A DNA stretch of 63,016 bases, filler included, from Globobulimina sp. (GCA_003354225.1; 50 parts of 50 records of this genome joined end to end with filler, not necessarily neighbours in it); one strand, 5' to 3'; counted from the whole stretch's first letter, positions 25,261 through 38,289 are shown. Program-made: numbers and translations. Notes: generated by a model not told the origin, from the sequence alone.

Positions 25261-26229
25261 TGGCGAAGGAAGATGGAATATCAGCAACACTCCGAGACAG
25301 AGACAGAGCATTCCTTGGCAACCAACAATGGCCGGCGATGGAGCTGTACTCAACGACCAAGGATGCAACCAAGTATTTGATGGCTACGATGAAGGACAAG
25401 CTCCAATCATCGATGTTGGCGATGGTTCGGTTTGTTGCAGAGGATTTCAATCGTGCCAGAATGTGGGCAGTATCACAATGTCCAACAACACCGCACACAA
25501 TTTGCTGTGTAGCGGATTTAGAGCGTGTTGGACTGTTAATATTGAGGCCTATTCTGCAAATATAATATGTTCTGGAACGTGGGGCTGCCATTCAGCCAAA
25601 ATGGACAATACCGGATATATTTATTGTTCCGGATGGTATTCGTGTGCTTATTCCACGATAACAGCAAATGGCGCCGCTGTTATTTGTGGAGGATACCAAG
25701 GATGTGCAAATTCCACCATTTCCATTCCAAACAGATTGGCGTCTTTTGTAATATTACCTGTCTCGGCGCAGATTCCTGTGACTCCTCAATGAATTTAACA
25801 TGTTCTGGAGAATGCCATGTTGCATGTTCCGCGGATTCTGGATGTCCTTTAGGATATTATCCAACTTTAGCTCCATCCCTCATTCCTTCAATGGCTCCAA
25901 CAACTCTTCCAACGAAGACACTGACCGCGGCACCGACGGATATTCCATCAAAAACACCCACTTTATCACCCACTCATGTTTCCAAAATATATTCTTCGGC
26001 ATCTCCAAATTGGGAAAAAATCGCAATTATATCAATTATTGCTTTGTGCATTTTTGCTGTATTTGCGATTATTTTAATAGTGATTATTTGTAAAAAACAA
26101 TCCAAACTCAATCCGAATAACGTTAACAATCACATTGAAATACAGCCTTTATCAGCTGGACACGATGCGAATGTCCAAGAGAATGACAGCGATGAAATGT
26201 ATCCAGTTTCATCGCTGTCAGCGAATTAA
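25261..26229 (+). CDS. Cys-rich (CxGxxSC repeat) single-pass surface protein with a PT stalk; frameshift near 25730
   Basis: CRGFQSC, CSGFRAC, CSGTWGC, CSGWYSC, CGGYQGC in one frame; CLGADSC + PT stalk + TM in another. Confidence 0.75.
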
Positions 26230-26523
26230 TTCCTGAAATTGGTGTAAGATTTCAATTTAAAGCAATATGGGAAGGAAAACAAAATGACAAAAGTACCGCA
26301 TATATATGATTCTTATAGTACATATAAGCATTATTTAATGGACGGTTATTGTTGTTTATGTTAAAATTATTTACTAATGAGGGGGCCTACTAGTGTTTCA
26401 TTCCTATATGTAAGTTTTCATATNNNNNNNNNNNNNNNNNNNNNNNNNNNNNNNNNNNNNNNNNNNNTTAATTAATTAANNNNNNNNNNNNNNNNNNNNN
26501 NNNNNNNNNNNNNNNNNNNNNNN

Positions 26524-27686
26524 CGACTATTTCCCAACCCCCAAATTCTGGAGAAATATGACGATATTATTCAAGAACAAGAACAATTGGGAATAATTGA
26601 AAAAGTGACACCAACTACGGAAGAAGGTCCTATAAAGCATTATATTCCACATCATGCAGTGGTAACCCCAACTAAAACAACAACTAAGGTACGTATTGTA
26701 TATGATGCTTCAGCTAAAACTAAAAAGGATAATAAATCGCTTAATGAGTGCCTCTATAAAGGGCCAAATTTACTAAATGATTTAGTTGGTATATTACTTC
26801 GTTTTCGATTACATAAAATAGCGATATTAGCAGATATAGAGAAAGCCTTTCTAAATATTGGACTACAAATACCGGACAGAGATGTAATACGCTTTTTCTG
26901 GTTTGCTAACGCTAAATTACATAAAATTGATGGCAATTTGCAAGTATATCGATTTTGTCGTGTACCTTTCGGTGTTATTTCAAGCCCGTTCAAACTAGCG
27001 GCTGTCATAAACCATTTATTAGAACATTATAAAACCGAGATTTCGTTGCTACTTAAAAACGACATTTATGTCGACAACTTGGTTACTGGTACAGCAACTA
27101 TCGAAGCTGCATTCGAATTATACACACAAGCACAGAAAATATTCACAAGTGTGTCTTTGAATTTGCGCGAATGGAGCTCGAATTCTGAAGAATTTCTTAA
27201 TAAAATTCCCGCAGTTCATCGAGCTGATGGGACTATTTTTAAAGTATTGGGTATAAAATGGGATACTAAAAAGGACTGTATTTATATTCCTGGTTACGAC
27301 AGTAAAAAATTCTCTAATGCAAATACAAAAAGAGAGGTTATGAGCGCACATGCCTCTATTTATGATCCATTAGGTTTCTTTACTCCGGTTACATTACAGG
27401 CCAAAGCTTTTATACGAACCTTATGGTCACAAAAATTGGAATGGGATACTGAACTTTCTACTACTTTAACTTCAAAGTGGTGTGAAATTGCTACAAATTT
27501 AAATAATATTGCTGACTATGCTATACCACGATTTATTGCAGAGTCTACCGTAATAGAAAATAATTTCAATTTACTCTGTTTCTGTGATGCATCAGCAATT
27601 AGTTATGCTACATGTATCTATTTACAAGTTGTTTCCAAGAGTAGTTCAACTTGCAATTTAATATTTTCTAAATGTCGCTTAGCCCC
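26524..27686 (+). mobile_element. BEL/Pao LTR retrotransposon pol fragment (RT and start of RNase H), frame intact
   Basis: YIPHHAV..P.KTTTKVRIVYDAS, SLNECLYKGP, ADIEKAFL, RVPFGVISSPF, YVDN, YDPLG, FCDAS, FSKCRLAP. Confidence 0.96.
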
Positions 27687-27786
27687 NNNNNNNNNNNNNN
27701 NNNNNNNNNNNNNNNNNNNNNNNNNNNNNNTTAATTAATTAANNNNNNNNNNNNNNNNNNNNNNNNNNNNNNNNNNNNNNNNNNNN

Positions 27787-28948
27787 GGCGGTATCTATAA
27801 CAATGTTAATTATCATGGTTTAATTGCAAAGAAATGATTGATAACATTGTCGATTTCAATGTGAATTTGGCCAAGAAACCCATTAATTTTGTCAGCAGTA
27901 TGTATTCCAAAGTAAAAGCATTGGTGAATAAAGAAGAAATTATAAATCGAGAATCGCAGTCTGTGCCAAACAGACAAAACAGTGATAATTTCAATATCGA
28001 ATTAAATATGATGCAACAATTAGCATTACAGCAAGAAACAGAAAAACAACATAAAAACTCACCAACTGATGATGAAATACAACAATTAATCCCATCGATT
28101 GATAGATATACTGTAATGATAAGGAATTTGCCCAAACCTTTTCGCGATGAAAACACATTAAAACAGTTTATGGAGCAATTGTTTGCTGATAAAATAGCAA
28201 AAGTTATTATAGTGCCTGATGTCGAGGCATTGAATGAAATACATAGCAAAATAAAATATCATAGCAACGAATTAAAAAAGTTAGCAAAGAAACATAATTT
28301 TAATATTAATAATATTCATTCATCAGATTCAGACCAGACAATCCCAGAAATATATGAAGGGACAAAATGTTGTGGTTGTTGTGGGGAACGAATTAATGTA
28401 ATAAAATATCATCGCGATACTAAAGTTGCTTTGATTGGCAAATTTAATAAAATGAAAGAAAAATGGCCATCAGCCACACGCACCGCATTTATAATATTTT
28501 CTTCTTTGAAAGAAGCTTCAAATTGCATCTCCTCGCCGATACGCTTTGGTTTAACCACATTAAAAATATCCAAAGCTCCGCACCCAAATGACTTATTTTG
28601 GGATAACTTAAAATATCAACAAAGTGATTTATATACAGATAATTTCTTGGTGATGGTGGCAATGTTTTTTTTATTGATGTTTTGGTCGATTCCAGTTGCA
28701 GCCATTCAAGGTTTGGCAAATTTGGATTCAATGTTCAAAGCTTTTGGCGGTAATATTAACTCATTACAGTTAGAGCCAGCCACTATTGCCACACTCCAGG
28801 GTTCGTTGGCTGTGTTGATATTAGATTTATGGCTGCTACTTTTACCCATTTTAGCTGAGCTGTTGACAAAAATGCAAAAGAAAGCATATCGCGGTCGATA
28901 TGAAACATTAGTAATGACGAAATATTTTGATTGCTTGGTGTTTCAGGT
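27787..28948 (+). CDS. OSCA/TMEM63 (CSC1-like) mechanosensitive channel, fragment
   Basis: YTVMIRNLP, TAFIIF, APHPNDLFWDNL, FWSIPVAAIQGLANL. Confidence 0.92.
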
Positions 28949-29048
28949 NNNNNNNNNNNNNNNNNNNNNNNNNNNNNNNNNNNNNNNNNNNNTTAATTAA
29001 TTAANNNNNNNNNNNNNNNNNNNNNNNNNNNNNNNNNNNNNNNNNNNN

Positions 29049-29220
29049 ACCAATCCCACCAATCCCACCAGTCACACCAATCACACTAATCCCACTAAAC
29101 CCGTCAATCACACCAGTCACACAAATCACACCAGTCACACAAGTCACACTAGTCACACCAGTCACACCAATCCCGCCAATCCCACCAGTCACACAAATCA
29201 CACAAATCCCACAATCACAC
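29049..29220. repeat. 9-bp minisatellite (ACCARTCMC, about 19 units)
   Basis: accaatccc/accagtcac/acaaatcac tandem units. Confidence 0.9.
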
Positions 29221-29265
29221 TCATTAGTGTTTCCACCAAATATCCCTAAATACCCCTGAAACCGG

Positions 29266-30210
29266 TTATGACCGTCCATTGAGATATAGCATGTTGTATA
29301 ATATATTCATGGGCTCCTCAATGATGTCGTAATTGCGTTGTAATACTTTATTTGAGATATGATTGTGGCAAATTGCTTTGTTTTGCCCAAATGAATAGAA
29401 TGAATTCTTTATTTCGCTGCGAGAAATAGGGCTGTTGGCGTACCTTAATTCGAGTATTAATTTTGTATTTGTTGGCAGGTATTTCTTATCATTTCGCCAA
29501 TCATTTAATAACGTTTCTATTTCTTGGTTCTCTCTAATTTTCATATCGTTCTCCGCAAATATTCGATTCTCAAAACGCTGTTTGTGGGCCAATAACGCGT
29601 TGGCTTTGTCGCGCGATGACTCAGCAATTATATTCCCGTCGACATCGATCAATGTTGGGATATAATCGGGCTGTTTCAGTCGATAATTAATTATTTGATT
29701 AATAGATTTGAAGTCGGTGCTTGCATTCACGATATTTGTCTTCAAATAATGGTCCATCCAAACCATACGCCCATTTTCTTCAAAATAAAGAGCTTCGCTT
29801 TCTAATTTTGCCAATTTTGCCTTGAATTACTTCTTTTTGCGCTGTGAATAAGTATTCCACAGCTTTTTATAGCTTGTTGCTGTGTTGATGGCGTCTTTTA
29901 TTTCATCTGTCATCCAAGGTTTCGTCGAATAATTGTTGCCAATCTTCAGTCCGAGGATGTTCTGCGACGTTACCGCAATAATTTCGTCGCGTAGCTCGTT
30001 TCCACTGTCATGGATTAATTTGGTGCTAATATTATACTTTTCTAATAAACTGTTACTATCAATATCAATTTTGTTGGCAAATAATTGATTATACTCTGTC
30101 AGGAATGGCTTAAATAATGGGGCATATCGCGCCATCCATGAATCTGATTTTATTTTCATTTCACTGTGTAATGTTTCCCAGTCTCTATTATCGCCAATTC
30201 GTAGCTTCGC
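29266..30210 (-). mobile_element. Degenerate non-LTR retrotransposon (LINE) ORF2, endonuclease-RT linker region; in-frame TAA at 29827-29829
   Basis: DW, KPWMTDEIK, IPTL, DKANAL, SPISRSEIK...NKA....ISNKVL...LYN pattern typical of the region before LINE RT. Confidence 0.7.
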
Positions 30211-30629
30211 NNNNNNNNNNNNNNNNNNNNNNNNNNNNNNNNNNNNNNNNNNNNTTAATTAATTAANNNNNNNNNNNNNNNNNNNNNNNNNNNNNNNNNN
30301 NNNNNNNNNNATGGCACTCATTTTGGATGTGCTGATTGGTTTGTTTTGGCAGTCTCATTTTTTGCGGAACAGAATTGTGGAGTTTTCTTACTTCTCAACA
30401 CATGCATTCTCAATTCCATTTTTTATGTCTCGATTGGCAGACTTTATCTTCATCATTGTGCGAGTGTTCATTTTCTGTCCAATCAAATAAATCTTATTAT
30501 CAGTTCCAATCAGAATACAGAGTGTCGCATTTATTATCCCCGCTCACACAAAATGGCAGCAAGCGTTTGTTCCATATTAACTTCGCTGATTTTCTGCTAT
30601 ATTTGACAATTTTATTCAGTTTGCTGTTT

Positions 30630-30935
30630 TTAGTGTTTCTGTCGTTTGTCTGTCAAGTGGAATGGTCCAATGTGGCGTTGCAGGCTATAAAGGCCAGGGA
30701 ACGTTACCATTTGTGGTTCGCCCACACAAATAACACATTCGCCCATTTGTGGTTCGCCAGGGATGATGGGTGGACACATTCGCCCACACAAATAATTGCC
30801 GCAACAGCCATGCAGTGGTTGGGCAATAATACGGTGCGCCGACGCATAAACAACGGATTCTGGCAATGTGGACACAATGAAACTGTTCGCCCACACATAA
30901 TCATACGGTGCGCCATGGGCATAAATAACGCACAT
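30630..30935 (-). CDS. Possible small Cys/His-rich protein ending in a C2H2-like finger
   Basis: CVIC...FPGLYSLQRHIGPFH; gene structure unresolved. Confidence 0.35.
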   Translation of the reverse strand: MCVIYAHGAPYDYVWANSFIVSTLPESVVYASAHRIIAQPLHGCCGNYLCGRMCPPIIPGEPQMGECVICVGEPQMVTFPGLYSLQRHIGPFHLTDKRQKH

Positions 30936-30942
30936 AATTCGT

Positions 30943-31123
30943 CTCATTGTTGGCGGCTTGATCTGTAACGGCATAGATCTCATTGTTGGCCGCTTGAACT
31001 GTCACGGCATCGCTCTCATTGTTGGCCGCTTGAACTGTCACGGCATCGCTCTCATTGTTGGCCGTTTGATCTGTCACGGCATCGATCTCATTGTTGGCCG
31101 CTTGAACTGTTGCGGCGTCTCAT
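30943..31123. repeat. 36-bp tandem repeat x5
   Basis: CTCATTGTTGGCCGCTTGAACTGTCACGGCATCGMT units, head-to-tail with no spacers. Confidence 0.92.
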
Positions 31124-31572
31124 TTGTGTATGTATGTGTATGGGTGAATAAAACCCGAATAAAGTGACATAAAACAAACCATACATTCTCAGACAGCGAC
31201 AAAGAAGCCATGCAACGAAAGCATGTTCATAGTTGATATAAAAATGTAAAAAAAAACTTAGTTGAACACACTAGAAACATTTGCAAATAGACATCATTTA
31301 AGTATAAAAAACGTAATCTTTATTGGCACACTTTTTGCAACACTTGTTTCCAAAATGGCAATATGACAATTTATTTGTCATTTAAGTATAAAAACAATTG
31401 CCATTTTGCCATTCTGCCACACTTTTTGCCATTTTCATATTGTGGCAGAAAGTGTGGCAAAATGGCAATATGNNNNNNNNNNNNNNNNNNNNNNNNNNNN
31501 NNNNNNNNNNNNNNNNTTAATTAATTAANNNNNNNNNNNNNNNNNNNNNNNNNNNNNNNNNNNNNNNNNNNN

Positions 31573-31835
31573 CTGTTGACATAGAAAGGCTTGCCAACGG
31601 TCAAAACTCTTTTAATGATGGCTTCGAGATGATCTGGACTGATGTGGAAGAAGCTTTTAGCTTCGGCACCTGGAGCGAAATGGAGTGCTAACACTTTGTC
31701 TCTCATCTGCTTGCTTAGGAAAAACACTCCAGGCTTTTGTTTGAATTGAGCGCCCGGTTTGAGGAAATGATCAGCAGCATCGCCATCACCGCTCAATTCT
31801 TGCATACTGTAACTTTTTGAATTTCGACTAGACAA
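31573..31835 (-). CDS. Hypothetical protein, 3' partial
   Basis: Open frame to the contig end; start uncertain. Confidence 0.4.
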
Positions 31836-32073
31836 ATATCACCAAAAAAAACCTAACAAAATTATTTTTCTGCTTGGTTATATTGGGTAGGGGGGTAGGG
31901 TATCGACGGTTAAAAAGGTACTTAAAGATTATTGTACGTTTTGCACATTATAAAGTATAAAATTAATGACACAAAATGACCGTCGCCCGATTACCCCAAT
32001 ATAGTTAATAAGGAAAACGAAACCAACCGAAACTCATCTTGTTTGTTTATTGTCTATTTCTACTACTCCTAAT

Positions 32074-32577
32074 ATGGCTTTTCCTGCTCCTGAAAGAATG
32101 AATGCTTTTCGCGCTCCTGCTGGTGTAGACTCACATACACGAAAAGAGATGTTCATCGACTGCAGTCTTCAAAACGAATTGGCCGAAATCGGACGTCTCT
32201 TCTGCCAAACTTTTGCCAAAGGTGTGGACGACATCATGGCGGACGAAAAGAACAACAACAAACTCTGCTTCGGGTGCGAATTAGTCGAGGAACAGGGTGG
32301 TCGTGACGGTCTCGGAATGGTCTATTTGGCTTTGCATAGACATACTTGTCATCGAGGCAAGTCATTCATGTTTTTGGCCGCCTCCTCAACCATTTGGACC
32401 ATGCTCAACGAACATGACTTGAAAGAACAATGGTTCAAGGCCATGGAAAGATCAAGAAAAGCGACCAAACAAGGCATCCTTCGATTCTTCCAGGTTCATT
32501 TTGAGGGATGCAAGATCGAATATATGAAACCAGAACGTCAGAGAGAAATGGCTGCCTGGTTGGATAGTGTCAAATAG
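32074..32577 (+). CDS. Hypothetical protein, intronless and complete
   Basis: ATG 32074 to TAG; higher GC than the flanks; downstream AATAAA. Confidence 0.6.
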   Translation: MAFPAPERMNAFRAPAGVDSHTRKEMFIDCSLQNELAEIGRLFCQTFAKGVDDIMADEKNNNKLCFGCELVEEQGGRDGLGMVYLALHRHTCHRGKSFMFLAASSTIWTMLNEHDLKEQWFKAMERSRKATKQGILRFFQVHFEGCKIEYMKPERQREMAAWLDSVK

Positions 32578-32834
32578 AGCGATGGAGAAACCTAATAAAC
32601 TAACCCAAACGGCCCTCTTCAGGGCCACCAATATATTGAAAAAAGCGGTTGAAACATAATAAAAACACATTTTATCAAAGTCGTTGTTGCATGAAATAAT
32701 AAAATACATAGCATGCATTGTCTGGTTTTGTCTANNNNNNNNNNNNNNNNNNNNNNNNNNNNNNNNNNNNNNNNNNNNTTAATTAATTAANNNNNNNNNN
32801 NNNNNNNNNNNNNNNNNNNNNNNNNNNNNNNNNN

Positions 32835-33996
32835 GAAACTCAAAATAATCCCACCACCAACAACAATAATAACATCATAGAGGAAGACAAAGAAGATAAC
32901 AAAGACAACGCCAACGAAGCAGATAATGCTTCATTGAACGCAATCGCAGAGGAACCAGCTAAATTAAGTAAATCACACACAACCAGAGACAGTATGATAT
33001 TGGAAGAAGGAGACGATACCAACAACATACAAATACGCCCACAAAGCATACATCCCACCACCTCTCTCACCACTGAGCAATCCGAGGCAGTTACTTATAT
33101 TACAAGTGTACAAAACTCTGACGATGAAAACAAAGTATGTTTGCTTTATCCTCGCACTCAATAACAATAATAATATATATATGTGTGTATAAAAAGGATG
33201 CTACGTTACCCAATGAGACAGAGATCAAATATGATGAAGATATCCCTGACGATGTATCACCAAAAGAGCAAAAAGAGTCCGTCAAAAACAAGAACAAGAC
33301 CGACAATGATCTAATGAAATACATGGACAATCCGTTACGTTCGCCGGTATGTCAATTTGTGATGGAGTTTATTTACAATATCGGGGATATATCGCATGCG
33401 GTGGAAGAGTCTGCGCCCATTATACGCCAAGGCATTATTATCATATTGAAGGAGTATATTAAGATATTGAAGGAAGGCGGAGATAATGATGACATAAATC
33501 GGAGCAATATACTCGAATATGATGATATGGAATATGTCGATAACAATACGCATCATTCATTGTATATTGTATTGCCTATAATATGGGCCATTTTAAATGC
33601 CATCAAAGAAGACGTCTATGTGTCGATTAATATCGATCGCAAATCGGCGTTGGCCATCAATAAATGCGTCGATACTTTGTCTAAATATAACAATAAGAAA
33701 CTATGGAAGTCCGAATGGGATATATTGAGTACCGGTGTCCGCGCCTCTTTATTGGCATATTTCTTACCGCCACAAGGTCCCATTCATGATAACAACAATA
33801 TATTTCCAATTTTGTTATGCATTCAAACATAAAATAAAGGTCCGATCGAGAAGCCGCCCAAGAAACTGTTTGAAACCAAAACCATCAAAGATTATTTTAA
33901 GTTTTCTATGGACATTATAGGTGTCAAAAAATCTCCGTCCAGCATCGAAGTGCGTGAACAACACATGCGGTTAGCGACGATCTGTGCCATTTATGA
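32835..33996 (+). CDS. Large protein fragment (acidic low-complexity region then helical region), with introns
   Basis: ORFs linked by a GTATGT...AAAG intron at about 33135-33197. Confidence 0.55.
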
Positions 33997-34524
33997 NNNN
34001 NNNNNNNNNNNNNNNNNNNNNNNNNNNNNNNNNNNNNNNNTTAATTAATTAANNNNNNNNNNNNNNNNNNNNNNNNNNNNNNNNNNNNNNNNNNNNAGAT
34101 TGGAGCTTTTGGTTGATTCGATTAGAAATATGCCGATGTTTGTTCGACATTGATACCATTACCATACTATTAATAATATTGTAAATTATATAACTTCAAC
34201 CATACTAATATTGTAAAAAATTAAACCTGCAAGGTCACTTCAACAAAAACTGCATATCAGTCTCTAATCCGAAAGAGCTCGCCGAAATGATTATGAATGA
34301 TGGTCCTTCAATTTGAAAATTATTCAAGACAATATTGAATATTCGAATTAATAAATATATAAGCACTGCAAATACAACTAGTACAATATTGATTATTTTC
34401 CACAAATAAAATGGATTGCTTGGCATGCAGCTGATGATGAATTATGATTTCCAGTTTAGTCTCATAATCGAATTATTTGCCCAGTTCTATCAATTTTGCA
34501 CAATTACAAAGTAAACCATTCAAA

Positions 34525-35258
34525 ATGGTAAGACCCAAATATGTTATTGCATTGAACCAATTACACAAGAAAATATTTCAAAAATTAGATGCGAATTCAT
34601 GTAATTTTGTTCTTCGCAGTAGTTTTATCCCCAAATTCAATGCGTTGCCAACAGAAACACGTTCGCTTTATTTGCAACGAATTACACAATCTATGGCACA
34701 AAGAAATGCATTCAATTATTTCACCGATGCAGCAAAGAGTGAATATCAATCTGAAGACATTAATTTTTTGGCTGATATCCCAAATTGCAATGAAAAGCAA
34801 AGAGAAATAATTTTAAATGCTATATTTAATTTTACAGACATTGGTTCAACCGCATTAGTAAAAGAAACAGAATTTAATGGCATGCTACGTGAATTTAGCT
34901 ATGATGAAACTATTGATATCGCTCTTGGATTAGGTATTGATATTCCCAGTGAAATAATTGCAATTCACTCAATTGATCCGATGGAGCCACCCACTTTCAC
35001 TCTCAATGTAAACAATGAAATTGATGAAGAAAATGCATTTATAACCACACCAAAAAGTATACAATCAAATAAAAGAGAGATAACATTATCTGACAACACG
35101 AAGGAAGAATACAAAGAGTTTGTGAGTACCATGAAGGAAAAAGAAGCTCTCCCCGAATACACACCATTTAGATCCACGCCAAAATACAAAAAACTCACTC
35201 CTCACACATTGCAAGATGAAATTGATTGGTTGGAACAAAGAAAAGACAAAAATAGAAG
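34525..35258 (+). CDS. Uncharacterised protein, 3' partial
   Basis: Long open frame from MVRPKY. Confidence 0.5.
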
Positions 35259-35358
35259 NNNNNNNNNNNNNNNNNNNNNNNNNNNNNNNNNNNNNNNNNN
35301 NNTTAATTAATTAANNNNNNNNNNNNNNNNNNNNNNNNNNNNNNNNNNNNNNNNNNNN

Positions 35359-36451
35359 CATATCGAAAATATTAATGCTGTGGACGAACCTGTGTTTGCT
35401 GGGATAATCTCAACATTTTTACCTTTTATTCTGTGCAGTATAAGCCAGGGATATAAAGTCAATATAACCAAACCAACAGCAAAAATGGATGGAGTATTGA
35501 CTGACAAATGGATTAATAGTTTGATGCCATTATTACCATCGTTTAACTCATCAAACACCTTTTTATTCACAAAGTAAACGTGTAATATCAACAATGCCAA
35601 TGCTAACCAATTCAAATAACGATGTATTAATTCAAATGAATTATGATAATAATATCTGGGCAAAGTATAGTATTAACATACAAATTGTATAAAAACTGAG
35701 AGCAAACGTACCTAAAACATGGCGCCGCGGAGACACAAATCAAGAGCAATAAACTTGGCAATGTAAGTGCAGTGATTGTAATCGCATTAAATTGGAAATG
35801 TTCAGCTTTAAATACATCCCAAAAATAAATGCCATTCCAAACATAGGCAGTAATGCCGAATGAAGCATGTAAGCCACCGATACAATCGGCTAAACGGCTA
35901 AAATGATACCTACCATATTTGTTGCAGCAATATAAATGTTTTATGATCCAATAAACAATCCAACAAAACATTTTGTCGCGGATTAATGCGGCAAAAAACA
36001 CAGGACCCACAGCTAAAAAACCAAGTTCTGCAGTCACATTGTTGTTTGATATGTGGATATAATATAAAATAAGATTGGCGATGAGAATCGGTATTTGCCA
36101 GAACCAGTAATGGATATATATTCTGATCGCGTAACATTTGCAAGGATTTATTATTACAGCCCCTCCGGTCAGTTGGTGCCTTAAATTAACTGTTGACGCA
36201 GTCAGGGATGGCTCTTCTTGACCGATTTGCAGTGATGGTTCGAAGTCAGATTCGTCTTTGGATTCGTCACTGCCAATATCACAGTGATCGGAATAATTGA
36301 CACATTTCTCAGTTTTTTCCATTTGTATTTGTAAGTTCTGATTCCAAGCTAATAATAATTTATTGTTTAGTGCATATTGCTCCATTAACTTCTTGTTCAA
36401 TAATTTGTTTTCTTCACGTAGTTGATGCAATTCTTCATTATCTTGTCTCAT
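35359..36451 (-). CDS. Ferric-reductase-like transmembrane flavocytochrome (TmpA/TmpL-type); intron 35656-35711
   Basis: IGGLHASFG and P.FR|YYYHNSFELIHRYLNW...LLILH carry the heme-ligand His pattern; splicing joins the two ORFs. Confidence 0.75.
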
Positions 36452-36731
36452 GGTAGTAGTGGGGGCACATTCAGCCAGGGAGTAAGTCTGGCTACATACT
36501 CACCGATTGCTTGAACATCCNNNNNNNNNNNNNNNNNNNNNNNNNNNNNNNNNNNNNNNNNNNNTTAATTAATTAANNNNNNNNNNNNNNNNNNNNNNNN
36601 NNNNNNNNNNNNNNNNNNNNATAAAAGTAAAAAAACTTTTGCTTTTTAACATTGCGGCAGCTGTGCTAAACGACAGATTGTCCCCCAATAAAAATAACGG
36701 AAATATCACATAAAATATCTCAAAAATCGCA

Positions 36732-37595
36732 TCAAACAGTCCATAGAAAAAAGCACAACCTGTGTTTATAAAGATAACAAAACCACAAAGTTGCTGTAAA
36801 AATAAAATTTAAAGCTAAAAATACGGCAAATAATATGACATTTTCTTGCTTTTCAGCAGTTATTTTGTTATTATCGGTATTTGAATGAAATGCATATAAA
36901 ATATTACTTTGAGTGCCTCCATATTGCAGAAAAACAATGGATTCAATAACTAACTTTAAGAGTTGTTGATGTATTGTTTGTATGATCCAATATTTTGTAT
37001 CAACTGTAAAATTGGAGTGATACCATGCAATCCATGAATGCAAATAATTACAATGGTAATTATAATTTCTGTACGTTATATTTTTCTGTGATGAAGTCTC
37101 AATAAATACTTTTTGTGAACAACAATCATTGATCAATGAAATCATAAAATATACGAATACTATCACTAAATATAACGAAATGGATAAAAATACGATACAA
37201 TAAAATATATTCACATCTGATGGCTCTAACACTGCGATATAAGCAGTCATATATCCCGCATAAAATGTTTTTTGTTGATCACTTTCATAATGATTGGTGG
37301 TGTAACATGAACCGATATCACCTTCGTTTAAATTGTTTGCGATTGAATGTTGATGTATATCTTCTAAACTCTTTGGAGCACAAAAGTAATCATCAAGTCG
37401 TAAGGTTAATAATTGTCCAATTCCGTATAATAATGTCACAAAAAATGATGATAACGTGACTAAAAACATTAACACACGCAAAATATTGTAATTGTTTCGG
37501 GTGTAACAAGTTGTTTTGAAGAAGCGAGATTCAGACTCATGTCGTTCATTGAATTCATCAATGTCGGTTGTGCCATGAAAGTCAGTGAGCTCCAT
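36732..37595 (-). CDS. Uncharacterised multi-pass membrane protein
   Basis: Four hydrophobic helices with a Cys-containing extracellular loop. Confidence 0.55.
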   Translation of the reverse strand: MELTDFHGTTDIDEFNERHESESRFFKTTCYTRNNYNILRVLMFLVTLSSFFVTLLYGIGQLLTLRLDDYFCAPKSLEDIHQHSIANNLNEGDIGSCYTTNHYESDQQKTFYAGYMTAYIAVLEPSDVNIFYCIVFLSISLYLVIVFVYFMISLINDCCSQKVFIETSSQKNITYRNYNYHCNYLHSWIAWYHSNFTVDTKYWIIQTIHQQLLKLVIESIVFLQYGGTQSNILYAFHSNTDNNKITAEKQENVILFAVFLALNFIFTATLWFCYLYKHRLCFFLWTV

Positions 37596-37882
37596 GCAAG
37601 AGTTTGATGATTTAAGCGTAGACCGAAAATGTAAAACATTGCACTAGTCAGTCATTGCAGCTTTCCATTGTTGTTTGATGTCTTCCGGAACAGTAAAAAC
37701 TAACAGTTTACTGTGAGTATTGGACAGCCCTAATACAAAAACGGAAAATGGTAACTTCATCTGATCTGCAATAGGGGTGTCCNNNNNNNNNNNNNNNNNN
37801 NNNNNNNNNNNNNNNNNNNNNNNNNNTTAATTAATTAANNNNNNNNNNNNNNNNNNNNNNNNNNNNNNNNNNNNNNNNNNNN

Positions 37883-38289
37883 CGGCGGCCGCAATTTATA
37901 CCGAGATTGTATACAAACAATCCGGCTCCAAAAGATCAATCCACATCGATAATGTCTCATTATATTCGTGGGGTACATTGTCACATCTAATTCAGTTTCA
38001 TTACTATGAACGGGCGAATGTGGGTTTCTTGGATGGTTTTAATCAGTTCACTTATTTATTAATTATTGCACGCATTGTATTAGGATTGACCGTAGCATAC
38101 GTTATGAAATATTTTAGTAATATTACTAAATTGTGTATGAGCGGATTATCACTGTTTGTGTCAGGTATTTTGTCACATTTTATGTTCAATTTGACCTGGA
38201 CAAAGAACTATTTTATCGGCCTAATTTTTGTTGTGTCAGCAAGTATTTTATTAAAAATGAAATCACGCAACTCAAAGAAATCTGTGTGA
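37883..38289 (+). CDS. Nucleotide-sugar transporter (SLC35A-like), C-terminus
   Basis: AAAIYTEIVYK, SIHIDNVSLYSWG, GFLDGF, GLTVAYVMKYFSNITK. Confidence 0.88.

Noticed and set aside
29001..29279. ORF with GVT/GIG repeats as a collagen- or ferredoxin-like protein
   Set aside because: Translation of a 9-bp minisatellite; no independent coding evidence
30943..31123. 36-bp repeats as a CRISPR array
   Set aside because: Units are contiguous with no unique spacers; no cas genes; eukaryotic context
31836..32073. CRESS-virus origin between divergent ORFs
   Set aside because: No TAGTATTAC-type nonanucleotide stem-loop and no Rep motifs
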